Assembly (NCBI GenBank): GCA_951406725.2
Contig: OX597834.1
Coordinates: 19,530,001 to 19,594,000 of the forward strand
DNA from: Octopus vulgaris
Taxonomy: Eukaryota
Direction of reading: 5' to 3'
DNA length: 64,000 nucleotides
Within the stretch, counting starts at the first letter, position 1, and every line of letters starts with the position of its first letter. The notes beneath the pieces are model-generated. The model did no database searches. It had not been told where the DNA came from and was given only the letters and a program-made list of their open reading frames with translations. This document shows, in pieces, positions 50,418-62,420 of this stretch. A program made the position numbers and the translations under genes.

Positions 50418-50686
50418 AAACAGCATATAAAATTTTTTAAATTGTCACAAATAACTTTACTTATACATATATATATACTCATATATATGTATGTGTGTAC
50501 ATTTATCTGTGTCAATCTGTGATATCGACACATCAGGTTTATGTCAATATAACTATATTCAGCAAGATTTACAATGCCTTACATATGCTTAAACATCTAA
50601 AAGGATATGTTATGTTGTCTTCTTTCTAATCCTCAGTTGTGCTGAAGAGTGAAATTGTTTGCTTGTTGTTTCCTTTTAAAGCACAG

Positions 50687-50776
50687 CGTGGCCAAGTTTT
50701 TCTCCTTCCAGCAGTAGCTCCAGCCGATCAACTCCCCCATCACCTGCTACTAAATTATCACAATGGCTATCTCCAA
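50687..50776 (+). CDS. Candidate Ser/Pro-rich exon (WPSFSPSSSSSSRSTPPSPATKLSQWLSP), gene unknown
   Basis: Polypyrimidine tract with AG acceptors at 50681 and 50686, an open protein-like frame, and a possible A|GTAATT donor (or read-through to TAA near 50852). Confidence 0.3.
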
Positions 50777-50954
50777 GTAATTTCCTTACTGCTCACCAAT
50801 TCCAACTTTGCAATTTGTCCACTGTTCTTCTTTGTAGAAATGGTTTACTTTAAGGATAGATAAACACTGTTTTGCTTTGTGTTTGTGTTTGGCTTGCAAG
50901 ATTCTTTATGTGAATCCATGTGTTGAGGCAAATCTTGTTGTGTCTGTTTGTATG

Positions 50955-50998
<44 letters not shown>

Positions 50999-50999
<1 letters not shown>

Positions 51000-51158
51000 T
51001 ATTTAAAAGCAGCAAAAACTGTCCGACAAACGGGAACGTGTAACTCTGAGTAACAGGTTTTGTTGAATTTCTGCTGCTTTTAAATAAAGCATATTACTCT
51101 ACCCCTGGTATTTGAGTACTCTTTTTCCACCTTGTTTCACATTTATGTGTTTACTCCA

Positions 51159-51160
<2 letters not shown>
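50999..51160 (+). mobile_element. Family H1 element, copy 2, with degenerate hammerhead at 51019-51056
   Basis: ctgt-CCGACAA-acg(ggaa)cgt-GTAA-ctc(t)gag-TA-acag; (TA)n on both sides; IR TTATTTAAAAGCAGCA/TGCTGCTTTTAAATAA. Confidence 0.75.
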
Positions 51161-51201
<41 letters not shown>

Positions 51202-51202
<1 letters not shown>

Positions 51203-51437
51203 TAAGCAATTAAGGGTTTAGCAACGATTTGCCTCACCACACACCGAGTTTAGAAATAGCAGTCAAAGAGTGATAGCTATTCTTTCTACTAAAAGGAGAT
51301 CTCAGTAAAACCACAGCACTTAGAAGGCAGACGCAGGCAAGAGAGGAAGAAATGACGACAATCATACAATATTAAGTCACCTACGGACGTACGTTTCGAA
51401 ATTAAGTTTTAGGAAAGCATAAGAATTAGATAATTAG

Positions 51438-51438
<1 letters not shown>
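51202..51438 (-). mobile_element. (TA)n-inserted short element with a hammerhead 3'-half signature
   Basis: Minus strand CGAAACGTA-cgtccg at 51384-51398; no upstream CTGANGA retained; related to 43530-43717. Confidence 0.4.
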
Positions 51439-51469
<31 letters not shown>

Positions 51470-51603
51470 GTATATATGTATATAGATATGTGTATATATA
51501 TGTATGTATATATGCATGTATATATTTATGTATATATGTGCATAATATATAAGTATGAATACATGTGTGTGTATATATATATCTATGTATGTACACACAC
51601 ACT

Positions 51604-51659
<56 letters not shown>

Positions 51660-52487
51660 CTATCATCTGGGTAAAAACCTCAGAACACACTTTTCAAAAC
51701 TCCTGTAAGGTTATTGGCAAAGTCAACCTTAATAATAATAACAATAATAATAACAATAATAATAATAATAATAACAACAATAATAATAATAATAATAAGA
51801 AGAAGAGGAAGAAGGAAAAGAAGGAGAATAAAAATAATTATTTTAGTGATTGCTATAATAATGACAGGTGTGGTGACTTTTACCTTTTCTCTGTGTGTTA
51901 TGGAAAGATTAATAAAGAGTAATTACGGACAAAGTGTGCAAATGCTTGCATAAAACTAGATTAAGCTGCATAATTTGATGAATAGCCCTTCCAATATCAC
52001 ATTGCTCAACACAAAATGAGGGTTCCTTTGCATACATTTATCATTTTCATTTTAGCTTTTTGTAACCTGAATTACACCACAATTTTCCTTACTCAATTAT
52101 CCTTACATCAAAACGTCACCATAGTAAGTTACAGAAAGAGGAAGATGATTAGGAAAGGTCATGAAAAGCAACCTATACACAATAAAGGAAACTTACTTTC
52201 AAGTTTTTAGTCTTTATTTGTGGTTCTGCTGTGCATCCTGTGGTAACGTTATATGTAGAGTCAGTGCAAGCAAAGACAGCTCATGTACTGTCTTTGAAAG
52301 TTTGAGGTTGGTTACTGAACTCACGGGACCAGTGCCTTTATAGTGTTACTTATATTGATTTATATTTTTGTGTGTGTGAGGAATTGAATATCTGGAACCA
52401 TGTCAATGAGAAACAGAATTCTTAATGAAACATCAATGCATACGTATATATATATATATATCATCATCATCATCATCATTGTCGTCA

Positions 52488-52830
52488 GTAAATCCAAACT
52501 TACAGGGAAAAATTAGATTTAGGATTAAATCTAATTTTATAGTATAAATATATATATTAATTTAGAGATAATTTATGATTTTCACTGTTTGATTTGCCTA
52601 ATAGTGGTTTTATCTCTAATTTAATATATATACATACATATATATATATAACTAATGTAGGATAAGATTTTTTTCGAAAGAAAAATTTTTATCAATGGCC
52701 AGCATATCAAAAAATACCTTTAATGGTTAAATTTATAAATAACTTATAAAATAAGGGCAAGAGAAAAAATTCTAATGCCAAATATGCCGAAAAAAAGACA
52801 AAATTGTCAATAACCATTATAATTTATGCG

Positions 52831-52867
<37 letters not shown>

Positions 52868-53126
52868 AATTTAATGTAGGATAAAATTTTTTTTGAAAAA
52901 AAAATTTTTGGAAAGGCCAGCATATTAAAAAATACCTTTAGAGGTTAAAATTATAAACAACTTATAAATAAGGGCAAACGAAAAAATTTCTAATGCCAAA
53001 TATGCCGAAAGTTGGACATATTGTCCATAACCATATAATCATATAACCATATATGGTTATGGACAATATGTCCAACTTTCGGCATATTTGGCATTAGAAA
53101 TTTTTTTGTTTGCCCTTATTATAAGT

Positions 53127-53128
<2 letters not shown>
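52488..53128. mobile_element. Cluster of (TA)n-associated elements: two tandem family P copies plus an inverted partial copy
   Basis: Copies at 52651-52832 and 52866-53036; 52958-53036 is inverted at 53050-53128. Confidence 0.8.
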
Positions 53129-53162
<34 letters not shown>

Positions 53163-53165
<3 letters not shown>

Positions 53166-53980
53166 TCGTCATCATTGTCGTCGTTTAACAAATCCGCTTT
53201 CCATGCTAGCATGGGTTGCATGGTTTGACATGGCGCTGGCTAGCAGTCAGCTGTCCAGACACCAACTGTCTGTTTTGGCATGGTTTCTACAGATGGATAC
53301 CCTTCCTAACGCCAACCACTCTGAGAGTGTAGTAGGTGCTTATATATGCCACCAGCACACAAGCTAGTCCAGTGACACTAGCAAAAAACCACATTCGAAT
53401 GCTGTTTTTCGTGTGCCACCAGCACGTGCTGTTAAGGCGACGCAAGCAATGATCACGCTTGAATGGTGCTTTTTATGTGCCAAAAGCACCAATGTTTACT
53501 GGAAATAGCAGTTGATACATTTATGATGCTATACTAAAGATTCAATATGTATATACTGGCAAAGACATGTGAGGTTATGTCTTTGCATCTGTGTTTGTCT
53601 TCCTCCAGGTCTTGACAACTGCTGTTGGTGCATCTATGTCCTAGCAACTTAACAATTTGACAAAAGAGACCAAGAGAATAAGTACCTAACTTGAAAAAAA
53701 AAAAATACTGGGGTCAATTCGTTCCACTAAAATTCTCCAAATTGGTGCCCCAGCATGGCCACAGTCTGATGACTGAAACAGGCAACAGATAGATCATCAT
53801 CATCACCACCATCGTCATCATCATATAAAATCCACTTTCCATGCTAGCATGGTTTGACATGGCGCTGGCTAGCAGTTAGCTGTCCAGATACCAACTGTCT
53901 GTTTTGGCATGGTTTCTACAGATGGATACCCTTCCTAATGCCAACCACTTAACAAAGTGTATTGGGTGCTTTTTACATGC
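53163..53980 (-). mobile_element. Two near-identical family C 3' ends (53163-53340 and 53800-53980) flanking a family A 3' half (53570-53790, plus strand)
   Basis: GGTTTGACATGGCGCTGGCTAGCAGT.AGCTGTCCAGA.ACCAACTGTCTGTTTTGGCATGG is present in both copies. Confidence 0.75.
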
Positions 53981-55841
53981 ATTTAAACTGGGAACTGTAA
54001 AGACTAGGATGAAACTGGTTTCTGGTTACCCCCTGAAATCATTCCCCAGATACTTGTTGCCTTTGTGGCAAATAAAATATATTTTTGTGTGTGTATATGC
54101 ATTAGGTACACATGTGTAAATCACAGAGAAAGAGTTTTGAGCGTCCACTTTGTTGGTTAAAGCTTATAAATATATTTTTTGTAACAAAAAGTTGTTTTTT
54201 TTGTCTTTGATCAGTAAATGTTATTTTCTATTTGCTGCTTCTATTTGCTGCTTCTATTTAAAATTCAAAGGAAATGATTAATATTCCTTTCAAACTCTGC
54301 TTTTGTGACCTGGATATCGATGCTTTGAAACTGACCAATTTTCCATTACATTTCAGACAGATTCAGTGCTGAGTTTTCAAAGCAGAAATATCATTATAGC
54401 AAATATTCTGCTCAATACCACAGATTTGCTTGTCACTTACTTGACCTTAACCATTTGAGTATGTTCCTTCTTGGCTGACAATGTGTGCATCTCTGATCAT
54501 GAGCAAGAGCAATGGGGAAGAATTATAGCCATGAGTTGAAAGGGATACTTAGGGGGTCTGAATAAATGTAAGTAAAGCAAAATTTGAAGGAAATATTAAC
54601 CGTTTCCCACCCTAAGTTTAAGCAACCAAGAAATAACGGTTGCTCTCCAAAGACAAAAATCGTGTTACATAGTGTAATCATGCATGAATTTATTTTGCTT
54701 TATGCATAAACATATTTCATTTACATTTTATTCATATATATATTAATATATTTTATTTTGCATAATGTATATTTCGATCACTGGTTTGTTATTAAAAAAA
54801 TGCTTTTATTTTAAAAAATTACAGTCTCAGACTCTTTGATGTCTAAAGTGTTATTTTTTTAAAGGCACCATAAAAATGTCTGATGCACTGGAAAAAAAAT
54901 CGTATTGAAAAACTTACAGTTAATTCTAATGCGTGACTGTATATCTTGTGTTCTGTATGTTTTAGTATAAATAATGTTTATAAACAAACAACTGCTGATG
55001 TACAGACATGGGAAAATGATATTTTGTTTTTATGTCCGTTCATCATATGAACTGTGATAATGTAGCAATGGAATTAACTGTCAGGAATATATATATAAAC
55101 AATGAAGAGATGGAAGAGAAAAAAAAGAGGGGAAAAGGCTGTGAGATGTTAAAAATTGCTGTCTGCAGTTTAAGAGTAAAGAAAGAAAAATAAAAGAAAG
55201 CCACTTGCAATGGCTTAAAATTAATCATATAATTGCAAAGAAATAAACAGCCTTGTCTGTATGACAGTGATGCACATTTAGAACCAAACGCATGCACACA
55301 CACATACACACACACACACATACACACACAGAGACACATATACACACACACACAGACACACAGACACACACACACACACACACACAGACACACATACACA
55401 CACACAGACACATACACACACACACATGCATGCATACAAACTCATACAAACACATGCATACAAATGCATGCATACATACACACACATGCAAACATATGCA
55501 TGCACACAAATATACTTATCTAGACAGCTCACTGGCAGTGCCCCAGCATGGCCGCAGCCTCAGGGCTGAAAAGCATAAAAGAATAAAAGAATCTATATAC
55601 AGATCTCGAACACTGAGAATGAAATGCTCAACACTGCAGTGGTGGATAAATATTCTTTATTGAAAGAAGAGACAAGTACCAACGTCCCACAAGCTTGCTA
55701 AATGGTGAAGACACCCAGCATGAAACCAATGCTAGCTTTGTTAACCCACAAATAAAGTATATACATACATAAATACATACACTTATACAACAGGCTTCTT
55801 TCAGTTTCCCTCAACCAAATCCACTCTCAAGGCTTTGGTCG

Positions 55842-56178
55842 CCTCCTTATGAGAGCTCAAAATCTCTCGTGGAAGCGCCATCCAACCAAAATGCAAATAT
55901 ATGGGAAACTACCACCTGTGTCATCTCTTGTGAAAGGTAGGAGAGTCCAGTTTGCTGGACATTGTTGTAGAGCTGAAAAAGAAGTAATTTCTACTCTTCT
56001 CCTCTGGAAGCCATCTACTCGCAATACCAGAGGGCACACACTCTCCTACCCTGATGTAATCTCCAGGGATACAGGCATCCAGCAACAGAACCTCCGTAAT
56101 GCCATGATGGACCGTGAAGTCTGGCGTAGCATGGTAAATTCCATTGTCTCGACCACGGTCGAACAATGATGATGATGA
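55842..56178 (+). mobile_element. 5'-truncated RTE-like LINE with (GAT)n tail and 8-bp TSD, inserted in a SINE A copy (55790-56272, minus)
   Basis: LSWKRHPT...IYG.LPPVS..V..RR.QFAGHC.R...LLLWKP...M.DR.VWR; TTTGGTCG at 55834-55841 and 56179-56186. Confidence 0.85.
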
Positions 56179-56389
56179 TTTGGTCGTCTCAGGGCAATGG
56201 TAGAAGACACTTGGGACTGAACTCAAAACCACACAACTGGAAAGTGATCTTCTGAACTGCCACGCCCATACCTGTATTTCCCAGCACACAAGCTTTCCCA
56301 TCACATTGGTGAAAATCTGTGTCAAAAAGAATCTGTACATGTAACAATTAGAAGCAGTGCACTACATCATCCATTTTTGCAATGTTTAA

Positions 56390-56774
56390 TCTTTATATAT
56401 AAAGCTGAAGTTGTCTGTCTGTGTGTGTAGCAGGTTTGGTAGCCTTCAACTAACACTATCTCCTCCAAGACCCTTCAGCACAAGTTGACCAAAATTGAGT
56501 GTATGATAGAAGAAGGCTTGCTCTTTATTCAAATCGGACCATGTTAAGACCAAAAATTATTTACATTAAAAAGGTGCTTTTTTCTATGAAAATCCCTACT
56601 TTTTACGATTTTTTTGATTGCTGTGTCACCATTTTTCGGTGCATTTCAATCAGAAAAATGTTCACTTAAAGAGAATGACAAGCTACATAATGCAACATTT
56701 TTACTTCTCTAAAATTCCAATTTAAAAGGGTCAAAAACAAACCAAACCCGAGCAACGCCGGGCTATACTGCTAG
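56390..56774 (+). mobile_element. Non-autonomous Helitron
   Basis: Starts TC(TTTATATATAAAG) after an A, has the subterminal hairpin CCCGAGCAACGCCGGG at 56747-56762, and ends CTAG before a T. Confidence 0.85.
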
Positions 56775-57803
56775 TTTTATATAAACGAACTAAACTAGGA
56801 AAACAACTTGTTTTATTATTAGTTTCACTTCCTCTAATTGAAAAACAGTATAGAATTTTTTTTTTCCTCATTTACGAAGGTGTTTCATAATTAGCCACAT
56901 AACATAAGAGAATTTCAAATTCTCATGCACCTATAAATTTTAATAAGGGAAAAAAACGTGAAAAAATGACATTTTTATTAAATCAGTTAAGTGCTTCACT
57001 TAGTGTTGTTAATAGGAGATACAACCTACCCCTAACCTGAAAAGTATGAACAAGGGAGTGGCACTTAAGGTTTCAGAAAGTAGAGAGAGTGTAAGAGCAT
57101 TTGTTTTATCCCCTTTTCTTTTTCTTTATTATATCTTTTTTCTTTTATTCTTTTCATGGGGTTTACTTTTGGAGAGGGAGTCATACATGTGTGCTGTGTG
57201 TTGTTGTTGAATCAGTATAGAGGGATCTAGAGAGATCTAAAATCAAAACCTCACGTTTTCAGTTACTAGTATAAGACCATGTAGAGGTGCATTGTTTAGT
57301 GGTTAGGATGTTGTTGGACTCATGAGTGTAAGATTGTTGTTTCAATTCTTGGACTGGGCAATACATTGTATTCTTGAGCAAAACACTTCACATTGCTCCA
57401 CTTTTCTGCGAAGTTAACATTGCTGGATTTTGAACTCAGAGCATAAAGTGTTGGAACAAATATCACAAGGCATTTAACCAATTCACCCAAATTCCTGCCA
57501 ATCCATTCTACCTTTGTAGGTTTGGTCACCAAATTCTTAAAATTACCAAGTCCAAAGGTGTATGATGGTGACCTTGACTTCTACAGTGAATGAAATCAAT
57601 ATTTAATGATATTCAGTGTGAATTGAGCATATATATGGTTGTTTAACCTGCTAGAAATGGCAGTGAAGTCTTCTTCGAATCAAACCCATAGACATACAAG
57701 TAGAAGCATACTTTAATAATGTTGTATGAAAAAAGAAAGACTAGATGGTCATCATAGGAAAACCTTTTATCGTAAATTTATACATTCAGGACTAACCTGG
57801 GAA

Positions 57804-58174
57804 CAGTGCCATCTTAAGGTATGGTCATTCTGAGCAGTTGCCCAAGCAGTCAGGGATCTAGGGGTCCAATTCAGATCTCTGTATGTTGTGGTCAGTTATC
57901 ATTAAAAAAAATACTATAGGGTCCAGAACACTGATTTAATCAGATGCCTCACAGATCTTGGGGCCCATTTCTGATCTATTTCTATTGTGGATTGTTTTCA
58001 ATAAATAAACATTACAGGTTCAATGCATTGATTTGCCCAGGTGCCTCCCAGGCCTGGGGGGGGGGTCTCAATTCTGATTTATTCATATTGTGACTTGCTG
58101 TCAATAAATAAATACTATAGGGTCCAATGCATTGGTTTATCCAGGGGCCTATAATACTGGTAAGATTCCCCCTG
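57804..58174. mobile_element. Degenerate MITE with three ~100-bp internal repeats
   Basis: Ends CAGTGCCATCTTA / TAAGATTCCCCCTG; repeated GGGG.CC.ATT..GAT...TTGTG...CAATAAATAAA.A.TA.AGG.TC units. Confidence 0.5.
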
Positions 58175-58903
58175 ACTGGGGATAAACACTATGGGTTAAG
58201 ATGGGGGTAAGAAGGGGTTGTAGTTCTGCAGAAGAAGGCTTGAGAAAAGTGTTCTAGTGTCTTCTAGTTCAGAAGGGTGAGACACAGTAAGGACGACAAA
58301 AGAGGCACAATGAGGTAGTATGAGGTGCAAGATGGGTTTTGGAGGAGGTACTAGGTATCTTTTAAGGTGAAGAGAGCGAAGGTTTCATAAGTAGCAATAA
58401 GAAAGGTATGGAAAATAACCAGCATGTTCTTGAGGCAATTATTGTTGTTGTTGTTTAACCCCAGGACAACTCAGATTGAACAGATCTATGATCAATGGCA
58501 TTCCAAGAACATCCCATCTTTTTTCTACTTGCAGATAATCCAGGAGCACTTTATCCAATGTCATTTGTTTTTTTTTTGTTTTTTTTTAAGAGTGTGACAT
58601 GTGGATTGAAGGATATTTAGCTGCTGTTTCTTGCAGCTCTCTACACTCTGGTTCAGTGGGCTTCAAATTTAAAGCCCATGGTATGGTGGCTATTACATTG
58701 TATATTTTCATCACAGCTACCATTTATGTATTTATATCATAGCCTTTCCTGCGTATACGTGTTCGCACAAACACACACATACACACATACACAAATACAC
58801 ACACACACTCAAATACACACATACACACACACACACACACTCAAATACACACATACACACACACTCAAATACACACACACACACACACACTCATGTACTT
58901 GCT

Positions 58904-58972
<69 letters not shown>

Positions 58973-58977
58973 ATATA

Positions 58978-59015
<38 letters not shown>

Positions 59016-59517
59016 AGCATATATGTTTGTATTTGTCTGTATGTCCATATAAACATATTTGGACAAATATGCACATATGTTCACAACATACATGCATATG
59101 TGCACAGCTGTTTGTGCACATTTGTGTTTGAATTCCGTGCACGTGTGTTTGTGTCTATGTACATACACATGCACACGTACTCTCACAATTGCATACTTAT
59201 ACACATATAAATAAGTATATGCATATGTGTGTGCGAGCATGCACTTGCATGTGTGCATATTATATGCATACAAATTTATGTTAGCAAATACACATATTGT
59301 ATGCATGTATGCATAAACAAACACAGTTACATATATATATGCATGTATGCACATGTATGTACATAATGGTATGTGTGGTATGCATCTGCATGTGTGCATG
59401 CATGCATATAAACATATTTCAGTAAGCAGATCAGATATTTGAGTACATGTTAATATGAATGTATATATATTTGTGTGTGTGTATCTATCTATCTATCTGT
59501 GTATATATATATGTGTG

Positions 59518-59566
<49 letters not shown>

Positions 59567-59568
59567 TG

Positions 59569-59597
59569 GTGTGTGAGTGTGTATATGTTAAATAAAA

Positions 59598-59646
<49 letters not shown>

Positions 59647-59686
59647 CATGTATCTCTTTTTATTTAACATATACACACTCACACAC
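59569..59686. repeat. Perfect 32-bp inverted repeat around a (TA)n loop
   Basis: GTGTGTGAGTGTGTATATGTTAAATAAAAAGA at 59569-59600 and its reverse complement at 59655-59686. Confidence 0.85.
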
Positions 59687-59843
59687 AATCTACCTTATAC
59701 TCCTCACCTCATACTATTATTGAACCGGGAGCTTAACAGCAGTCCTTCCGTAGCTCTTACATAGTCTTACCTGCTTTTTGGGTCTTCTGGATACTAAAAC
59801 ATTTCATATCATTATATATATATATATGTATGTGTGTGAGTTT

Positions 59844-59878
<35 letters not shown>

Positions 59879-60540
59879 CACACACACACACACAATTTTA
59901 TATACACACACACTGTATTGTGTGTATAAGCAAACAAGCATATTGAATGTTTGTCTATAATGAACATCATTTGCCAGCCTTCCTCTACACATACAGAAGT
60001 TGTCCAACCCAACATCACCGTATATGATCAGTCATGTTCAGCTTTGCATTGCTGCATTCAATTGTTCTTGTTGCACACACCACACTATTCTTCTTCCAAT
60101 TCCTCATCACACTCTCTGTATTTAAAGATGCATGTGACCTGGTCTGTTTAACAATTCACATGCATGTTCATGAATTTCTCTCCGATTTTGTATTAGATTA
60201 TTATAATTCTTCATGCGTGTAATGTTGGTGCAGCTTAATAAATTCACCTGGTGCATTTTGCTTGTTCGGGCTTATAAACTTGTGCAGTAAATATGCATTT
60301 AAATGCACATAATCCATGCTCTATATATACAGGTGAGTTCAAAAGTCCCCTTAGTATTTAGACGATATATAAAATGATTATTTAAACATTTTTTAATGAA
60401 ATTTTATATAATTTTCATATACCTTTTGCTACTTTCTTGTGTGTGTGTATATATATATATATATGTATGTATGTATTTATGTATGTATGTATGTATGTAT
60501 GTATGTATGTATGTATGTATGTATGTATGTATGTATGTAT

Positions 60541-60906
60541 CAGGTCATCGCATAGGTTCTGTCTGAATTTTAAATATAGAAAACAAGTGATCAAATGTTA
60601 TTTTTAATTGAAATTTAATCATCAATGTACTTTCCCTGGTTATCTATGACTTCCTTCCATCTATTTACAAGCTTTTTAATCCGATCAATGTAAAACTCTC
60701 TTGGTTTCAAAGCGAAGGACTCTGAAATGTCAGTTTTGACCTCCTCCTGGCTTGCGAAAGTTATAATCCCCAAAATGATTCTGTAAACTACGAAACAAAT
60801 GGTATTCTGAAGGAGCAAGGTCGGGAGAATAAGGTGGATGAGGAATTTTTTCCCAACCAAGCTCGTCGATCTTCTGTGATGTGATCATTGCAGTGTGGGG
60901 TCTTGC
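60541..60906 (-). mobile_element. Mariner transposon 3' end (frameshifted transposase C-terminus and putative TIR)
   Basis: ARPHTA..TSQKIDELGWEKIPHPPYSPDLAPSEYHLFRSLQNH / F.SQEEVK...KP.EFY...I.KL..RW..VID..GKYIDD*. YSPDLAP is the mariner catalytic-domain motif. Confidence 0.9.
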
Positions 60907-61307
60907 AAGATATGTCTGAGACTACTCTTAATTGTTAAGTGCAAGTTCCATCTAGTTTGAATTCTAGATTGGTCAAAGCATCATTGCCCCAAAAGAAACT
61001 GGATGCTTCTGCAAAGGAACCCTGTCAAAAAATCTTAAGAGGATTTTTTTCCTTGCAACAGAGAAGACATTTTTTTAAAATATAGAACAACAGCCTGGAT
61101 GCTTACCAAAAAACCTGGAATCCAAGTTAGATGGATCTCACATTTGATTAGTATTTTAATAACCCTGAAAACGATGAAAGCTGAAGTTAACATCTCTGGA
61201 ATTTGAACTCAGAATGTGAAAGGCTGAAACAAGTGTTGCAAGGCATTTTATTCCATGTCCTCATAATTTTGATAGCTTGTCAAGCTAATAATAATAATAA
61301 TAATAAT

Positions 61308-61680
61308 AACAAGAGCACTCAGAGAGTGCAAATGTCCACCAAGGCAACACCAACGGACTCTCAACGATTAGCCAGAGAGGATTTTTAAAATGAAAATATC
61401 TGAAATAAACTCAACTGCTGTCACAAACGAGAATACTAAAAGTAAACCTGACTGCTTTAAAAAATTCAGTAAAGAAATGGAAAATAAATCCAGAGTCCTT
61501 GTTCGTTACTGGATCAATCCCAAAATCTAATCAATTTGTGCCAGTCATGAGGCCAAACATCCCTGAAAGTTTCATCTGAATCCATCCAGCAGTTCTTGAG
61601 ATATCTTGTCCATGGACAATCAAACAAACAAACAAACATGATTGAAAACCATACCTCCGCCTTTGCTAAGGCACAGGTAA
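61308..61680 (-). mobile_element. HINE/Helentron-like element, copy 3
   Basis: AACAAGAGCACTCAGAGAGTGC...ACCTCCGCCTTTGCTAAGGCACAGGT; (TAA)n flanks. Confidence 0.75.
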
Positions 61681-61719
61681 TAATGATAATAATAATAATC
61701 ATAACAATAATAATAATAA

Positions 61720-61901
61720 AAGAATTTGGAGCATGCACGTGGTAAAAGTTTTGTCTATGATAATTGGTGCGTTGGGAACCTATAAATCAAGATATAGACA
61801 GCTGGCTGAAGGAGATTGAAATAGAATGCCATGTAGGGCTCCCACAGAAAGTTTGTCTCTTAGGGACAGCAAGGATTATCAGGAGGGATCTAAGCACATG
61901 A
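61720..61901 (+). mobile_element. R4/Dong-type LINE extreme 3' fragment
   Basis: IIGALGT/INQDIDSWLKEIEIEC....QKVCLLGTARIIRRDLST*. Confidence 0.7.
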
Positions 61902-61918
61902 AAAACTGCTGAAAACTT

Positions 61919-62148
61919 GCGGCGAGCTGACAGAATCGTTAGCACGTCGGGCGAAATGCTTAGCGGTATTTCGGCTGCCATTACGTTGTGAGTTCAAATT
62001 CCGCCGAGGTCGACTTTGCCTTTCATCCTTTTGGGGTCGATAAATTAAGTACCAGTTACGCACTGGGGTCGATGTAATCGACTTAATACCTATGTCTGTC
62101 CTTGTTTGTCCCCTCTATGTTTAGCCCCTTGTGGGTAATAAAGAAATA
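61919..62148 (+). mobile_element. SINE family B, full length, well preserved
   Basis: GGCGAGCTGACAGAATCGTTAGC (A-box region), GAGTTCAAATTCC (B box), GTCGACTTTGCCTTTCATCC core, AATAAAGAAATA end. Confidence 0.9.
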
Positions 62149-62224
62149 GGTAGTAACCCGTTACCCACATAATTCCTGCCAGGAATAAGACTAAATTTGA
62201 GCTAAGTCAAAATAATATTAAAGG

Positions 62225-62420
62225 TTTCAAATTTTGGCACAAGGCCTGCAATTTTAGTGGGAGGTGGCTACTCAGTTACATGACCCCCAGTGATCAGTTT
62301 GTACCTGCTTTATCGACCCCATTTGAAGGAATGGCAAAAGTCAACCTTGGTAGAATTTGAACTCATAATGTAAAGATAAACAAAATGCTGCTAAGCATTT
62401 TGCCCAGCACTCTAATTATT
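62225..62420 (-). mobile_element. SINE family B, degenerate
   Basis: GGTTTCAAATTTTGGCACAAGGCC...GAATTTGAACTC...CTAAGCATTTTGCCC. Confidence 0.65.

Noticed and set aside
58175-58385. Degenerate L2/Jockey LINE 3' end on the minus strand
   Set aside because: Only a weak FF.RT resemblance; too decayed to call.
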